Source: Octopus sinensis (taxonomy: Eukaryota). From it: a DNA stretch of 64,000 bases. The stretch is taken from NCBI RefSeq assembly GCF_006345805.1, contig NC_043003.1, positions 98,456,001-98,520,000 of the forward strand, given 5' to 3'. Within the stretch, counting starts at the first letter, position 1; every line of letters begins with the position of its first letter. Shown one piece after another: positions 1 to 12,433 of the stretch. Both the position numbers and the translations under genes were made by a program. The notes beneath the pieces were generated by a model that made no database searches, was not told the origin of the DNA, and worked only from the letters and a program-made list of their open reading frames with translations.

Positions 1-765
1 TTGCCGGTGGGTCAAAAGCTGGAGTATATCCGTCAGTAATATCAATTAGTCAAGTAGTTCTTTGAATGTAGACTAGGCTGTCTGTGTGTGTAGCGATGCT
101 ACGTACACCGACCCAGATGGGAAAGTATTAGTCTGTTAAGGGCTTCACTTGAGACTTGTAAAATATGAGCACATGTTAGATAAAATAATTTCTGGCTCTG
201 ACGATATGCTTTCGCTGGAAATGATCCTGTTTTATAGTGAGGTCCAGCATTTGGACAAACTGTCGGAGCTCTAGCTAAATGTTGTTCGTGTTTAGTGATG
301 GTGTGGTGGTGTTTTCTTCATATGAATAGTGCATGAGTAATTTACTGTTTTATTGTAATAAGAAACAAAGTTGCCATGGCTCCTCTTAAGGATTATCGAG
401 GATTAGTGTAGGATTAGTGTGTGGTGCTGGGCTGTGTGCGGATGATGCCAGGTTTGGAGAAATTAAGGAGAAATGAAGGATCGCCCCGTCTGTGTAAGAC
501 TAGTCGCTCTTGGATATGGTGGAAAGTAGTTCATTAATGTATAAAAAAGACGAAAGATGGGAAACACAGCCAAGCCTTTAGTGGGGAAAAAAGGAGTTGA
601 TTGAGAGTGACGCACAAAAAGCTCCACCAACAAATGCCGCGATAGTGGGATCAGAAAGAAAGTTACTGATCCAAGAGTTGGGAGAATAGTGGAACCTGTG
701 AGTGGTAAGTTTAGATAGGAAATTTGTATGTTTGACATGGTTAAAGGATTTGCAGAGTTCTTGAG
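1..765 (-). mobile_element. Degenerate non-LTR retrotransposon reverse transcriptase fragment (CR1/L2/Jockey-like)
   Basis: A minus frame not shown in the ORF track reads KSFNHVKHTNFLSKL...NSWISNFLSD...SINS...FLYINELLSTISKSD*SYTDGAILHFS. This matches the LINE RT pattern KAFD.V.H..LL.KL...WI.NFLS.R...LFINDL...YADD, with stops and frameshifts. It runs off the window edge. Confidence 0.75.
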
Positions 766-849
766 TTAGTGTAATCGACTAGTCCTCTCCCACAAAATTT
801 CAGGCCCTGTCCCTATAGTAGAAAGGATTGTTTTAAATATTGATCACTG

Positions 850-1300
850 GGGGCAGCGGGCTATCAGAATCGTTACTGAATCGGACAATATACTTAACAG
901 CATTTCTTCCGGTTTTACGTTCTAAGTTAAAATCCCGCCGAGGCGACTTTACCTTTCATCCTTTCGGGGTCGTTAAAATACATTACTCGTTCAGCACTGA
1001 GATCGATGTAATCGATTACCCCTGCCTGAAAATTGCTGCCCTTGTGCCAAAATTTGAAACCATTCTTATTGATCTCTCTAATGCAGCGGGCTAGCAGAAT
1101 CGTTAGCACACCGGGGGGGGGGGGGCTTTGCGGTATTTCGTTCACCTTCTGAGTTCAAATTCCTCCGCGGTCGACTTTGCTTTTCATCCTTTTGGGGTCG
1201 ATAAAATAAGTACCAGTTGAGTACTTGGGTCAATGAAAGCGACTATCTCCCTACACCGAACTTCAGGCCTTGTGTCTATAGTAGAAATCATTATTAACTA
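850..1300 (+). mobile_element. Two tandem copies of SINE family A (tRNA-type head, GCCTTTCATCCTTTCGGGGTCGATAAA body)
   Basis: A-box-like TAGCAGAATCGTTAG, B-box-like GAGTTCAAATTCC and the conserved body recur about 20 times in the window. Confidence 0.85.
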
Positions 1301-1411
1301 TCTCTGTAACTTTACATATATGCGTCAGAAGAAAATTTATCAACTTAAATGTTTAAATCTTAATTTAAGAGATCAGTTTGTGTTTGCACAATAATCACTT
1401 TTATATATAAA

Positions 1412-1969
1412 CTAGCAGTATCGCCCGGCGTTGTTCAGGTTTGTAAGGGAAATAACTATATAAGCATTTTTAGAGAGTTATAGCCAAAATATAGCAAAAA
1501 AAATACATTAAAAATGGAAAAAAATTATGGTAAATTTTTTTTTAAATCGTTGACTCATCGTAGACATTTTCTGTTTTGGTGTCTTCAAGCCATGAAGTCG
1601 TTGTTCTAAAAGAACGCTGGTCTCCTTGACAACGCTTTACGACGTTGATTTCCTTACACCCCCTTCCCCACAGCTTCACGAGGAAGGGAAGAAGGGGGAG
1701 AAGCAACGCAGGTGTGAGCGTGGACGCCAACTCCGCCGCCATCGACACACGAAAAATTATGCATTAAAATGGAATAAAAAATGATGTTAAATTATTTTTA
1801 AAATTGTAGACTCATCGTAGACGCGCGCTAATAGCCAGACGGGCTCGATAGGAATCACGACTATAAGATACCCGAATTTGGTTAAACTGCACCGCAAAAT
1901 GTGGGAGTAGTTAGGAATCTAAATCGAAGGGGACAGACACTCACACAACTACAGTTTTATATATATAGA
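1412..1969 (-). mobile_element. Non-autonomous Helitron, family H1
   Basis: The minus strand starts A|TCTATATATATAAAAC and ends with a GC hairpin (plus strand GCCCGGCGTTGTTCAGG) followed by CTAG|T. There is no TSD. Homologous to 2086, 61975 and 62367. Confidence 0.85.
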
Positions 1970-2085
1970 TATATCAAATATGCAAATGTAAATTTTACAA
2001 TTAAATAAGTTTTATAAGGTTTTGCATAGTAACCCTTATGTATGTGTGCAGTATTTAATGCATAAATTTAAATCCTTATAAATAA

Positions 2086-2591
2086 CTAGCAGTATCGCCC
2101 GGCGTTGCTCGGGTTTGTAAGGGAAATAACTATATAAGCATTTTTAGAGAGTTACTTCCCTTATAAATTCGGGCTTTCTTAGCCATTTTTGTTTTGGTGT
2201 CTTCAAGCCATGAAGTCGTTGTTCTAAAAGAACGCTGGTTTCCTTCACAACGCATTACGACGTTGATTTCTTTACACTCCCTTCCCCACAGCTTCACGAG
2301 GGAGGGAAGGGGGAGAAGCAAACAGGTGCAGCTGTGAGCGTGGACGCCAACTCCGCCGCCATCGACATACGATGCATTTTATGCATTAAAATGGAATAAA
2401 AAATGATGTTAAATTATTTTTAAAATCGTAGACTCATCGTTGACGCGCGCTAATAGTCAGACGGGCTCGATATGAATCACGACTATAAGATACCCGAATT
2501 TGGTTAAACTGCACCGCAAAATGTGGGAGGAGTTAGGAATCTAAATCGAAGGGGACAGACACTCACACAACTAGAGTTTTCTATATATAGA
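2086..2591 (-). mobile_element. Non-autonomous Helitron, family H1
   Basis: Plus strand runs CTAGCAGTATCGCCCGGCGTTGCTCGGG ... TATATAGA|T, giving canonical TC/CTAG termini in an A|T site. Confidence 0.85.
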
Positions 2592-2925
2592 TTAAGTTCT
2601 ATAACATTAGTATTATGATGAGAAAGAGCATAATGTAAAAAATCTATATTCTAGAAAATATCTAATTTGACAACATAAAGGAACAGTAATGGAATATATT
2701 ACGAAATATGTCGAGTGTAGGTATATGTCTAATATCGTATAACTTAGAATAACAAAATTAAAACTAATTAGCCACAGCGGTGATTAATAAATTAACAGCA
2801 TTTTTATTATTGTTCGCGCATTTTTGTAGGAAACTAGCAAATGAGATTTATCGGGATTGGATATACGTTATATGATACATACATGCATGTATACATACAT
2901 ACGTATATAAATGTGTATATATATA

Positions 2926-2983
<58 letters not shown>

Positions 2984-2987
2984 TATA

Positions 2988-4134
2988 CTAGCATTAAAGA
3001 CCCGTCGTTGCCGGGTCATAGTTCTAGTGAATGTATATATGTGTATATATATGTGTACATATTACATGTACTTCTATATATATACATCTACACATAAAAT
3101 ACAAAATACAAAGTTATATCTTGATATCGCTAGTGATAACAATACTCAAAATATATAACAGACTGGAATTGTTAGCCCGTCTCTTGTAATTTCGATCAAT
3201 TGTATCTTGTCCTCCCTCTTGTATAGAAGTGTGGCTGCAATCCACCCTACCTCTACTTCTGGGGGGGGGGGGCATTTAATTTTTTTTTCCGGGACGTCCT
3301 ACGTCCCAGATATAAAGGTAAAAATAAAATATTTCCACTTTGTAAGTTCGAGTCGAGTACTCCCTTGCATGTTCCGTTGACTCGAACCTTGCTTCTATTG
3401 TGGCTAATTTACCGCCTCTGATTACATATCTTTCATAGTCGCACCAAGACACTTTTCGATTGTGCTTTCCTCCATGTGTTCAAATCTTTTTTCTCTACAT
3501 TGTATACTTTATAGACAATAGTCTTTTCTTTAATTTAATTTTTTATTATCCATCTGGACTATTCCATTTCTGCACGCTAATTTTATTTTTAATTTATTCC
3601 CATTCATGTGAAACCACTTATTCAAGTTCAAGTCACTGATGCAATTTTATACCAATTGCTATTTTTACTTTTATTATGTTACGATTATATTATACTTTAG
3701 TTTGATTTTAATTATTACTTACTACATATAATTCAATTATTATTATTTTTATTGTTAAAGTGAAAGTATCTGACATAAAGTAGAGAAATGTTTTTGTTTC
3801 ACTTTTAACACGTAATACTGAAATAGTGGAGAAGATATGATATTGCTATGGGCTCGCTCTGGGCAAGAAGTTGAATATTTTTTTTGCCCATGAAACTACA
3901 TGGACCCTATGTAAGGCATGTGAAAAATTTGAATGAAATTGGTTGTGTAGTTCTCAAGTTTTAGGGAATCGTAGTGGAGAAGATATGATATTGCTATGGG
4001 CTCGCCCTAGGCAAAAAGTAAGGCATGTGTAAAATTTGAATGAAATTGGTTGTGTAGTTCTCAAGTTTTAGGGAAACACACAGACAGACAGAAAGACAGA
4101 CAGACAGACATTCTCAGTTTTATATATATAAAGA
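2988..4134 (-). mobile_element. Non-autonomous Helitron, family H2
   Basis: CTAG plus a GACCCGTCGTTGCCGGGTC hairpin at the left end; (CAGA)n then TTTTATATATATAAAGA|T at the right end; internal ~100-150 bp duplication at 3822-4075. Confidence 0.7.
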
Positions 4135-4199
4135 TATATCGCTGGTCAAAATCAGCCTTTTGGCTTCCGACCACTGCCGTGAGAACATCTGTTGTCTTC

Positions 4200-4570
4200 G
4201 TCTGCTGATAAAGGCATTTTTTCAAAATACGCCAGCTAAACTTGTTGTTCAGTTTATTAGTTGTAATACACCCGCTGTTTTTGTCCTGTTTTTACCATTA
4301 TTGTTTTTTGTATTTTATATTCGTGTCGCATCGTCCGTTTTTCTTCCCTGTTTCGTATACATTCGATCCTTCTTCCAAGAAATCTAATGCTCGTAGATTA
4401 GTTTTTCCTTGGGGCTGGCCGGATCGGAGCGATCTCAAGATTAATCAGCCGAAATTGCTAGGATGATCCGGTTCTTGACTGAAGATTGAAGGCTTCGAAT
4501 GTCCCGTCCGGGTTTTTGTATCGTCTTCTAAATGTTTTACGTTCTTGTCCCAGTTTGTATTCTTCTACAT
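4200..4570 (+). repeat. Unclassified interspersed repeat X (probable retroelement 3' region)
   Basis: CTTGGGGCTGGCCGGATCGGAGCG...TTCTTGACTGAAGAT...TTCGAATGTCCCGTCC is homologous to 58845-59420 (reverse) and 60031-60195. Confidence 0.7.
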
Positions 4571-4573
4571 ATA

Positions 4574-4613
<40 letters not shown>

Positions 4614-4744
4614 TATACATGCATAAACGTATGTTTATACACATATACATATACATAGAAACATACACACACACAAGAACATGTATATATATTGTGTTGA
4701 GTGAAAAGTAACTTATTTGCTTTACTTGTCAGGTAACAACAAAA

Positions 4745-4915
4745 GTGGTCTAGTCTTCAAAGTGGAGGCCATCGTATTGCACTACCTGAAGCCACCTTTC
4801 TGCGAGTTCTTGGATTCCACGCTGATACAAGTTCTTGTCCTTCGTGGCAAACACTTCAGGTCACTGAAGCTGGTATTTCCTCTTGGTTAATAAGCTCAGA
4901 AAAAAACTCCTTCGT
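4745..4915 (-). mobile_element. mariner transposase C-terminal remnant
   Basis: Minus frame EVFATKDKNLYQRGIQELAERWLQVVQYDGLHFED* matches the mariner C-terminal FF.SK...FY..GI..L..RW..V....G.YF pattern. Confidence 0.8.
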
Positions 4916-5003
4916 ACACACAAGCACGCCGCGCGCACACACGCACGTACGCGCGCGCAGACATACAGACATACACGCATATACGTGTGTGTATGTGTGT
5001 ATG

Positions 5004-5047
<44 letters not shown>

Positions 5048-5319
5048 TATATGTGCATATATATACACACACACACATACACACATATATATAATATGTA
5101 TAAATAGAAAGATAGATACACACACACGCATATACATACATAAACACACACACATACAAGCCGAAGCTTATGTCGGTTACCGAGGTATGTGAGACTGAAA
5201 ATATGAGAGTGATCTCTTGAACGGATATGTATATATATATATATATTATATATATATATGAAACGAATGTTGTGATTAATAATATATTTTCGTATCTTGC
5301 ATCTTCTGTCTTTCATTTG

Positions 5320-5364
<45 letters not shown>

Positions 5365-5365
<1 letters not shown>

Positions 5366-5869
5366 TAGCAGTATTGCCCGGCTTTTCGAAATGGTCACAT
5401 TTAATTCAAAGCGTTAAAAATGTTATGAAAACAATTGGTATGAGTTCACAAAGTCCAAACGATTAATACGAAAAAACCCTTCAGGCTATATCCCGAAAAT
5501 TCATTTCTTTGCCGAATAACTACAATGTTTACGGCGATTCGTTTTTATATCTTGATTTTTTTATTTTTCATGCAATTCACGCATGCTTGCACGCGTGGTG
5601 AACACAGTTCACGTCAAACAGCTGACTGAGTAAAGTTCACTATTCAATGCATGGGATAAGGCCTAAAGAAACACATTATCGATTTTTGCACTTGCGAGAT
5701 GAATTTCGGAACAGAAATAGCGCAGTTCAATTTTCATTCGCCTAAACTTTAAGTGACCCATTTTTGGTGGTTTTACGATTTGTTGGCTAGGAGGATATGT
5801 GCCGGGAAGTTAAACACACAGACACACACACAGCGATACACACACAGACACACAAGTTGAGTTTTATAT

Positions 5870-5870
<1 letters not shown>
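5365..5870 (-). mobile_element. Non-autonomous Helitron, family H3
   Basis: CTAGCAGTATTGCCCGGC at the left end; (CA)-rich stretch then GAGTTTTATATATA at the right end, merging into (TA)n so the 5' TC is not resolvable. Confidence 0.6.
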
Positions 5871-5914
<44 letters not shown>

Positions 5915-6431
5915 ATTGAGTCTGTATCCAAATCTGTGTGTATGTGTTTGTATATCTAATTCTGTTCATAGTGTATGTGTGTATATGTCTATGCATAAAT
6001 AGACATCTATGCACGGTGGTGGTACAGATTCTTTCTCTCTGTAACATAATATTCAAGTCTGGGTTAGTGCCTCATAAGATTTAAATTACTCTAATTTCAT
6101 TGTGACCGTTTTTCAACATCACACGATGGAAATATCCTCTACGTAATAAACATAATATAGCAGCTCATTGATGGATACTGTTTATTATGAAGAAAAGTTG
6201 TATTCCAATCAGGATACCTAATCGAATCATTGACTACGTGTTTTTTCTTTAAAAATATACACGTAGGTTTTGGTTTACTGAATTAAGGTTCTCTGTCAAG
6301 TACTAGATTATATAATAACATTAGGTTCTATAATTCCTGTCGCAATGCTTGGTATAAAGTCTACAGATCTCCTGGAAATGGAATTGTAGGGATTATATCT
6401 TTTGTTTTTTTTTTCTCGTTTTTCCTCTGCA

Positions 6432-6960
6432 GTTACATACTTGAAACTATCCACTCTTCTTGTTTGTTGGGGCAGAGAAACCAGAGGTTATTTCTATTAT
6501 TTCTGAAAGAAGATAGTATATTGGAAGAGCAAAATGGGATTTTGCTATTAGTATGTACAAATTATGCAATAAATATATATATGAGTGCTAATAGAAAGAC
6601 TGTATAATGCAATACTTAGGTCTTGATTGAATTTAGTCTGAATGTAGAGCGTGTGCTAATTGTTCGAAATACTGATGGTTTACAAATAGCTATATTTAGC
6701 AAAGTATGATATTATTGTTGACGAATCTCTTCGTGGTTTTGTACGTCGTATGTAAAACAATACTTTAAATTGTTTATGAATGAGTGAAGATGATCTAAGT
6801 TTTATTCAAGAGCATATAACTAGAATTCCCTCACGTCTTCAGAATCTCTCTACCCTGGCCATCAAACGACAAATATGAGACATAACAGACTTCTACTTCT
6901 AACATTATTTGGTAGGATTTTAAATATTCTATTCATAGCTCCTTCTCTTCAGACTAACAA
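6432..6960 (+). pseudogene. Possible decayed terminal exon of a SOCS-box (ASB-like) protein
   Basis: A very strong acceptor (long poly-T tract, CTCTGCAG at 6431) is followed by 56 open codons. Downstream lies MSEDDLSFIQEHITRIPSRLQNLSTLAIKRQI* (from 6780), resembling the SOCS-box P.SLQ.L.R.AIR motif. Stops and frameshifts are present. Confidence 0.3.
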
Positions 6961-7289
6961 ACTATTCGCATGGATAAAGTACAACGATATAGGAGAGGCC
7001 AGCATGTGAAACTGTCTCATAGGTTAATCACACATCACTTTAAAACATTATTATATGTATGGTAACACATCCAGGGTTGCTTTAAAAAAATTGTTCTGGG
7101 TTAAAATTGAAGTTCAAGGAGAACATTTAAGTAACGATTGGACTATCATGTGTTAGGGTCTCTTTGGGATACTGTAGTTACATCATGTCAGTTGATTTAG
7201 ATGAAAGCACACTGACTATTCTGTTATCTGAAAATATATGATTAACGACATATACATACACGCACACACGCACACACACACACACACAC

Positions 7290-7328
<39 letters not shown>

Positions 7329-7920
7329 GTCACAATATATAGATTCAATTAATTCGGTAGCGCTCACAAAAAATTCTCCTTAATGTATCATTCTACTAAA
7401 CAATTAGAATACTCTAGTAGGAAACAAGAAAAAAAAAACATTTGTTTTAAAGGAGTATTTTTATTGATGCAGACATTTAAGTAATTTATTCTTAAATATA
7501 AAATAAATTATCTTTACATGCTTTAAACTATGAAACAATTTGTTGTGATATATAAATTTTCCAATGGTTCAATAATTTCACCATACTATTTCCCTCGTCG
7601 TTTATAACTTTATATATATATATATTATATATATATATGTCACAATATATAGATTCAATTAATTCGGTAGCGCTCACAAAAAATTCTCCTTAATGTATCA
7701 TTCTACTAAACAATTAGAATACTCTAGTAGGAAACAAGAAAAAAAAAACATTTGTTTTAAAGGAGTATTTTTATTGATGCAGACATTTAAGTAATTTATT
7801 CTTAAATATAAAATAAATTATCTTTACATGCTTTAAACTATGAAACAATTTGTTGTGATATATAAATTTTCCAATGGTTCAATAATTTCACCATACTATT
7901 TCCCTCGTCGTTTATAACTT
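7329..7920. repeat. Exact tandem duplication, 282-bp unique unit, 310-bp period
   Basis: 7329-7610 is identical to 7639-7920; the copies are bounded and separated by (TA)n. Confidence 0.95.
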
Positions 7921-8557
7921 TATATATATATATATATATATATATGTAACAAAGTGGAGTTGTTTGGTACCGCACGAGTGGAATTATATACGAAAGAAGG
8001 TTTGAAAATGCAATTTTAAAAGATGTTTATTTACTTTACCGGTTTCACTCTTTAGAAAAAGATTGTCAAAAGTAACATGTAAAAGTTTGGTTGTGTTAAT
8101 TATTGGTTGTCACAAAATGCTACAATACATATATACAGTCTTTAGTAACAAGAACATGTTAAGAACATGAAAAAGTTTAACAAGTTTATTAAAATATTGG
8201 GCACAAAAGATTACAACATATATATACATTCTCAAGAAAATGTAAAAGATAGTTTCCAGAAGGAATTAATAAAAAGTTCAGTGGAATATTGGTATACACG
8301 CACAGAATATTATGAGTTCAAAAACGTTTACCTTATTGTAGTAGGGAAGCTCAAACTGACCTGGTCCACCATGTTATCGTAAAAGACTATTTTCTATTTC
8401 AAGAGACACTGTAGGTGTGTTTGGGTGGGGGGAAGGAAGAGTAATGTGGAACTGAAAAGAATTTCTTCTTTTTGTCTCTCCTTCACGCATCAATTATTTG
8501 GGGGATTGGTCTTTAGAGGTCAGTGTGTGTGTCTTTGTGTGTGTGTATATACATATA

Positions 8558-9003
8558 TGGTGTGAATAGATGTGTCTGTGTGTTTGTAAAGTTTGCTAGG
8601 ATGGTGTGTGTATATGTGTGTCCGTTTGTCAACCGTGTGTGTGATTGTCTTGGTGTTGTGTGTTTGTGTGTGTGTATGTATGTGCGTGATTGGCATTTGT
8701 CATGGTGCTGTGTGTGTGTATATGTGTGTCTGTATGGAGGTCAGAATGGTGTGAGTGTGTGTGTCTGTGTGTGTGTGTGTATATATGTATACATGTGTTT
8801 GTGTGTGGGCTGTTTTTGATTGGTCCCAGGGTCCATTGTGGTGTAAATAGATGTGTGTTTTTTTAAAATTTGGTAGGATGGTGTGTGTATATGTGTACCC
8901 GTTTGTCAACCGTGTGTGTGATTGTGTTGGTGTTGTGTGTATGTGTGTGTATGTATGTGGGTGATTGGCATTTGTCATGGTGCTGTGTGTGTGTATATGT
9001 GTG
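8558..9003. repeat. Diverged GT-rich tandem duplication (~280-bp period)
   Basis: TAGGATGGTGTGTGTATATG...GTTTGTCAACCGTGTG...TGGCATTTGTCATGGTGCTG occurs at about 8597-8730 and 8874-9003. Confidence 0.85.
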
Positions 9004-9042
9004 CTAATTATATGAGTCCAAATTATATGTGTATATGTGTGC

Positions 9043-9079
<37 letters not shown>

Positions 9080-9489
9080 ACACATCTAACCTAAATTAGA
9101 ATGATTTGACTGCAGTAAGCTACTCTAGAAATCATCCAGTGTAGCTAGCCAAGCACCGAATGTCAGATTGAAAATCAGCCCAACTGATAATCATTATGCT
9201 TTCCAATCAACCAGTGATATCGCGAAAAGCTGGCGGGCGGTGAATAAATTGGCTATGAGTGACAACCGCACTCTTTGCAACGAATATTTATTAGCCCATC
9301 CAGTCTAATTTGGATGAGTTGTCTAGAACGCTTTAGGCTGCGGTAAACTCTCCAGAAATCTTCGCGTGCGACGACAAATGTTAAAAAAGCATTGACCACT
9401 ATTTTGGCTGACAAAATTTTCGGCTGCACCGGCGGATTTTCGGATCACCAGAAGCAGGTAATCAAGATCAGAATGCGAGATTGGTAAGA

Positions 9490-9820
9490 CCCCGGGACTT
9501 ATTCTTTTTGTAAGCCCAGTACTTATTCTATCAGTCTCTTTTGCCGAACGGCTAAGTAACGGGGACATAAACACACCAGCATCGGTTGTCAAGCAATGCT
9601 AGGGGGACAAACACAGACACACAAACACACACGCGCATATATATATACATATATACGACGGGCTTCTTTCGGTTTCCGTCTACCAAATCCACTCACAAGG
9701 CTTTGGTCGGCCCGAGGCTATAGTAGAAGACACTTGCCCAAGGTGCCACGCAGTGGGACTGAACCCGGAACCATGTGGTTGGTAAAGAAGCTACTTACCA
9801 CACAGCCACTCCTGCGCCTA
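9490..9820 (-). mobile_element. SINE family B (CORE-like), 3'-truncated
   Basis: Minus-strand head GGCGCAGGAGTGGCTGTGTGGTAAG, B-box GGTTCAGTCCC, CORE-like CACCTTGGGCAAGTGTCTTCT and an internal (TA/TG)n. Confidence 0.9.
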
Positions 9821-10228
9821 TATATATGCATACTTAAACTTGTGAATAAATTAAAGAATGATAACGATTTCGAAGTTTATTATCACTTCTTGTTTTGTAT
9901 ATTTGAGTAATGATATTTCTCATTTATGTGTAGATACAATATTAAGGTTCTATTGAAGTAGATATTCTAATACATAAATGTAATGTAAGCAACCACATTT
10001 TAGAAAAATAAAATGATGTCCATGACCGGTAATATTGCCTGGAGACTGCAGGCTCCTTAGGTCGGAGCAAATCCAAGCTTCCGTAACGCTTTTAAACGAT
10101 AAGAATAAAATATTTTGTCACTCTCTTCCTGATTGGGATACCAGGCCATTCCAAAGTTAATCCCTACCCTTCCGCAGTCGTAACTTTGCTTGTGTGAGGG
10201 TATATCTATGATTTATGTGTGTATATAT

Positions 10229-10442
10229 ACTCTTTTACTCTTTTACTTGTTTCAGTCATTTGACTGCGGCCATGCTGGATCACCGCCTTTAGTCGACAAA
10301 TCGACCCCAGGACTTATTCTTTGTAAGCCTAGTACTTATTCTATCGATCTCTTTTGCCGAACCGCTAAGTTACGGGGACGTAAACACACCAACATCGGTT
10401 GTGAAGCGATGTTGGGGGACAAACACAGACACACAAATATAT

Positions 10443-10475
<33 letters not shown>

Positions 10476-10638
10476 CGACGGGCTTCTTTCAGTTTCCGTC
10501 TACCAAATCCACTCACAAGGCATTGGTCGGCCCGAGGCTATAGTAGAAGACACTTGCCCAAGGTGCGACGCAGTAGGACTGAATTCGGAACCATGTGGTT
10601 CGTAAGCAAGCTACTTACCACACAGCCACTCCTACGTG
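10229..10638 (-). mobile_element. SINE family B (CORE-like), near full length
   Basis: Same consensus as 9490, with a (GAGTAAAA)n tail. Confidence 0.9.
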
Positions 10639-11407
10639 CCCGTCTCAGTGTTTGTGAGTGTTCACATGTATTTGCGTAAATCTATGTGTGCGTGTGTGAA
10701 TGTGTGTAACAGCTATCCGAAAGGAAGAGTATTGCTCAAAGACACGCGACGCCTCACGATCCGAAAATCGAAAACACGACCGGGTGGGTGATCGTTAAAT
10801 CAAACACGAAAATCACTACACTACGCACCCGTAGCACTAAATAGAATAATTCATCTTCCTCACCCCCATCTCGCAAGAAAAATACGTTTGCGGGCCATAA
10901 ATAGAAGAAATATCAAAATGAATATTCTACATAATCAACAGTATCTGTCAAATTGTGAACTGCTATAGTGTTTTTATGATGTAAAAGAGATTTAAATGTG
11001 ACGTTCAAGACTTCATGAAGAAATTAGAGACGATATAATGAAACGAAACATTTACGTGTCGGACTGACTTGAATATTATGTAACAGAAAAATATAAAAAC
11101 ATACTACTATTTCATTAAATACAAACGCACGCACATGTACACAAATACACGCGAGGACACGCACACACATACACATGCATGCGCACACATACAGACATAT
11201 ATACGGACGCATAGCGCCAGACAGATACATATACATGTACACACACAGATCAAAGACGTCGCGTCGCACATACGCATTGACATTTTACACAGGTCACATT
11301 TATGCACACATGCATACACACACACACATATACATACACACACTCAAACACCTACATACAAACACAGGCGCACTGTCAGAGACAAACGCATATATACGTA
11401 CATATAT

Positions 11408-11514
<107 letters not shown>

Positions 11515-12433
11515 GTATAAACACACACACACACACAAATATATATATATATAAATATACATATGTACGCAAATGCATACACACCCCTCCAAATATGCAC
11601 ATATACATCTCACTGAAGCAGACCTTATTCACACACATTTCAACATCACACCATATAATACCACATCACGTCACTTATACATATTCCGTTTAGAACAACT
11701 TTATGTGTATACACACGCAGAAGGACAAACACAATCCATCATTAAGTACTTACACCCCAATATACATACACATAGACATCCAGCTTTGGCAACTTCTATG
11801 CATACATACACATACACGTGTGCACACACGTTTATAAGACCCATTATACATGTATGTACATATACATTGTACTTAGGACAATTCTATGTACGCATACAAA
11901 CTACATAATTCAACCTCATACGCACATCTGTGCCTGCACAGTCACACATATACACGTTATGTCTCTAATTTTTGCTATTTTCTAGTCTAGTTTAAATATC
12001 TGCTAGGCCACGTTGTCTTTCTGCGTGGATTGGTCATTGATTAGAGGACATGACTCAATATGCTATGGCAGTGGATCTCCGTCATTGGACAATGCTCCAG
12101 TTTTTGCTCGATCATCCAAATTACACCGGCCTTATATGTATGTAGCTGACCATTCTACAAAAAATGACCGCCTTGAACTCTAATTTTTCAGGCAGAATCA
12201 GTGCCACACAGCGTGTAACAAGACTATATCTTTTGAATTACAAGGACAGTTCACGTAAAAGGTTTCTCTACAGTTTCCATCGACCCGATTTAACTTATAT
12301 GAGTCGATTCGAGTTAAAAGACAAGCAAAACAGACACAATAAAAAGCTGCTGCTTCAGACTTAATCCTCTTTGAGATTATTCATTCTGTGGTGTTTGAGA
12401 AATTCATTAATCTTAATTATTAATCTCGGGTAA

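Noticed and set aside
4475-4510. CTGAAGA...TTCGAAT in repeat X as a hammerhead
   Set aside because: All three copies have GAAT rather than GAAA, and no stem II or stem I geometry fits.
9356-9458. Exon-like KSSRATTNVKKALTTILADKIFGCTGGFSDHQKQ with CAG|GTAATC donor
   Set aside because: Weak acceptor, no recognisable protein, and directly adjacent to a truncated SINE.
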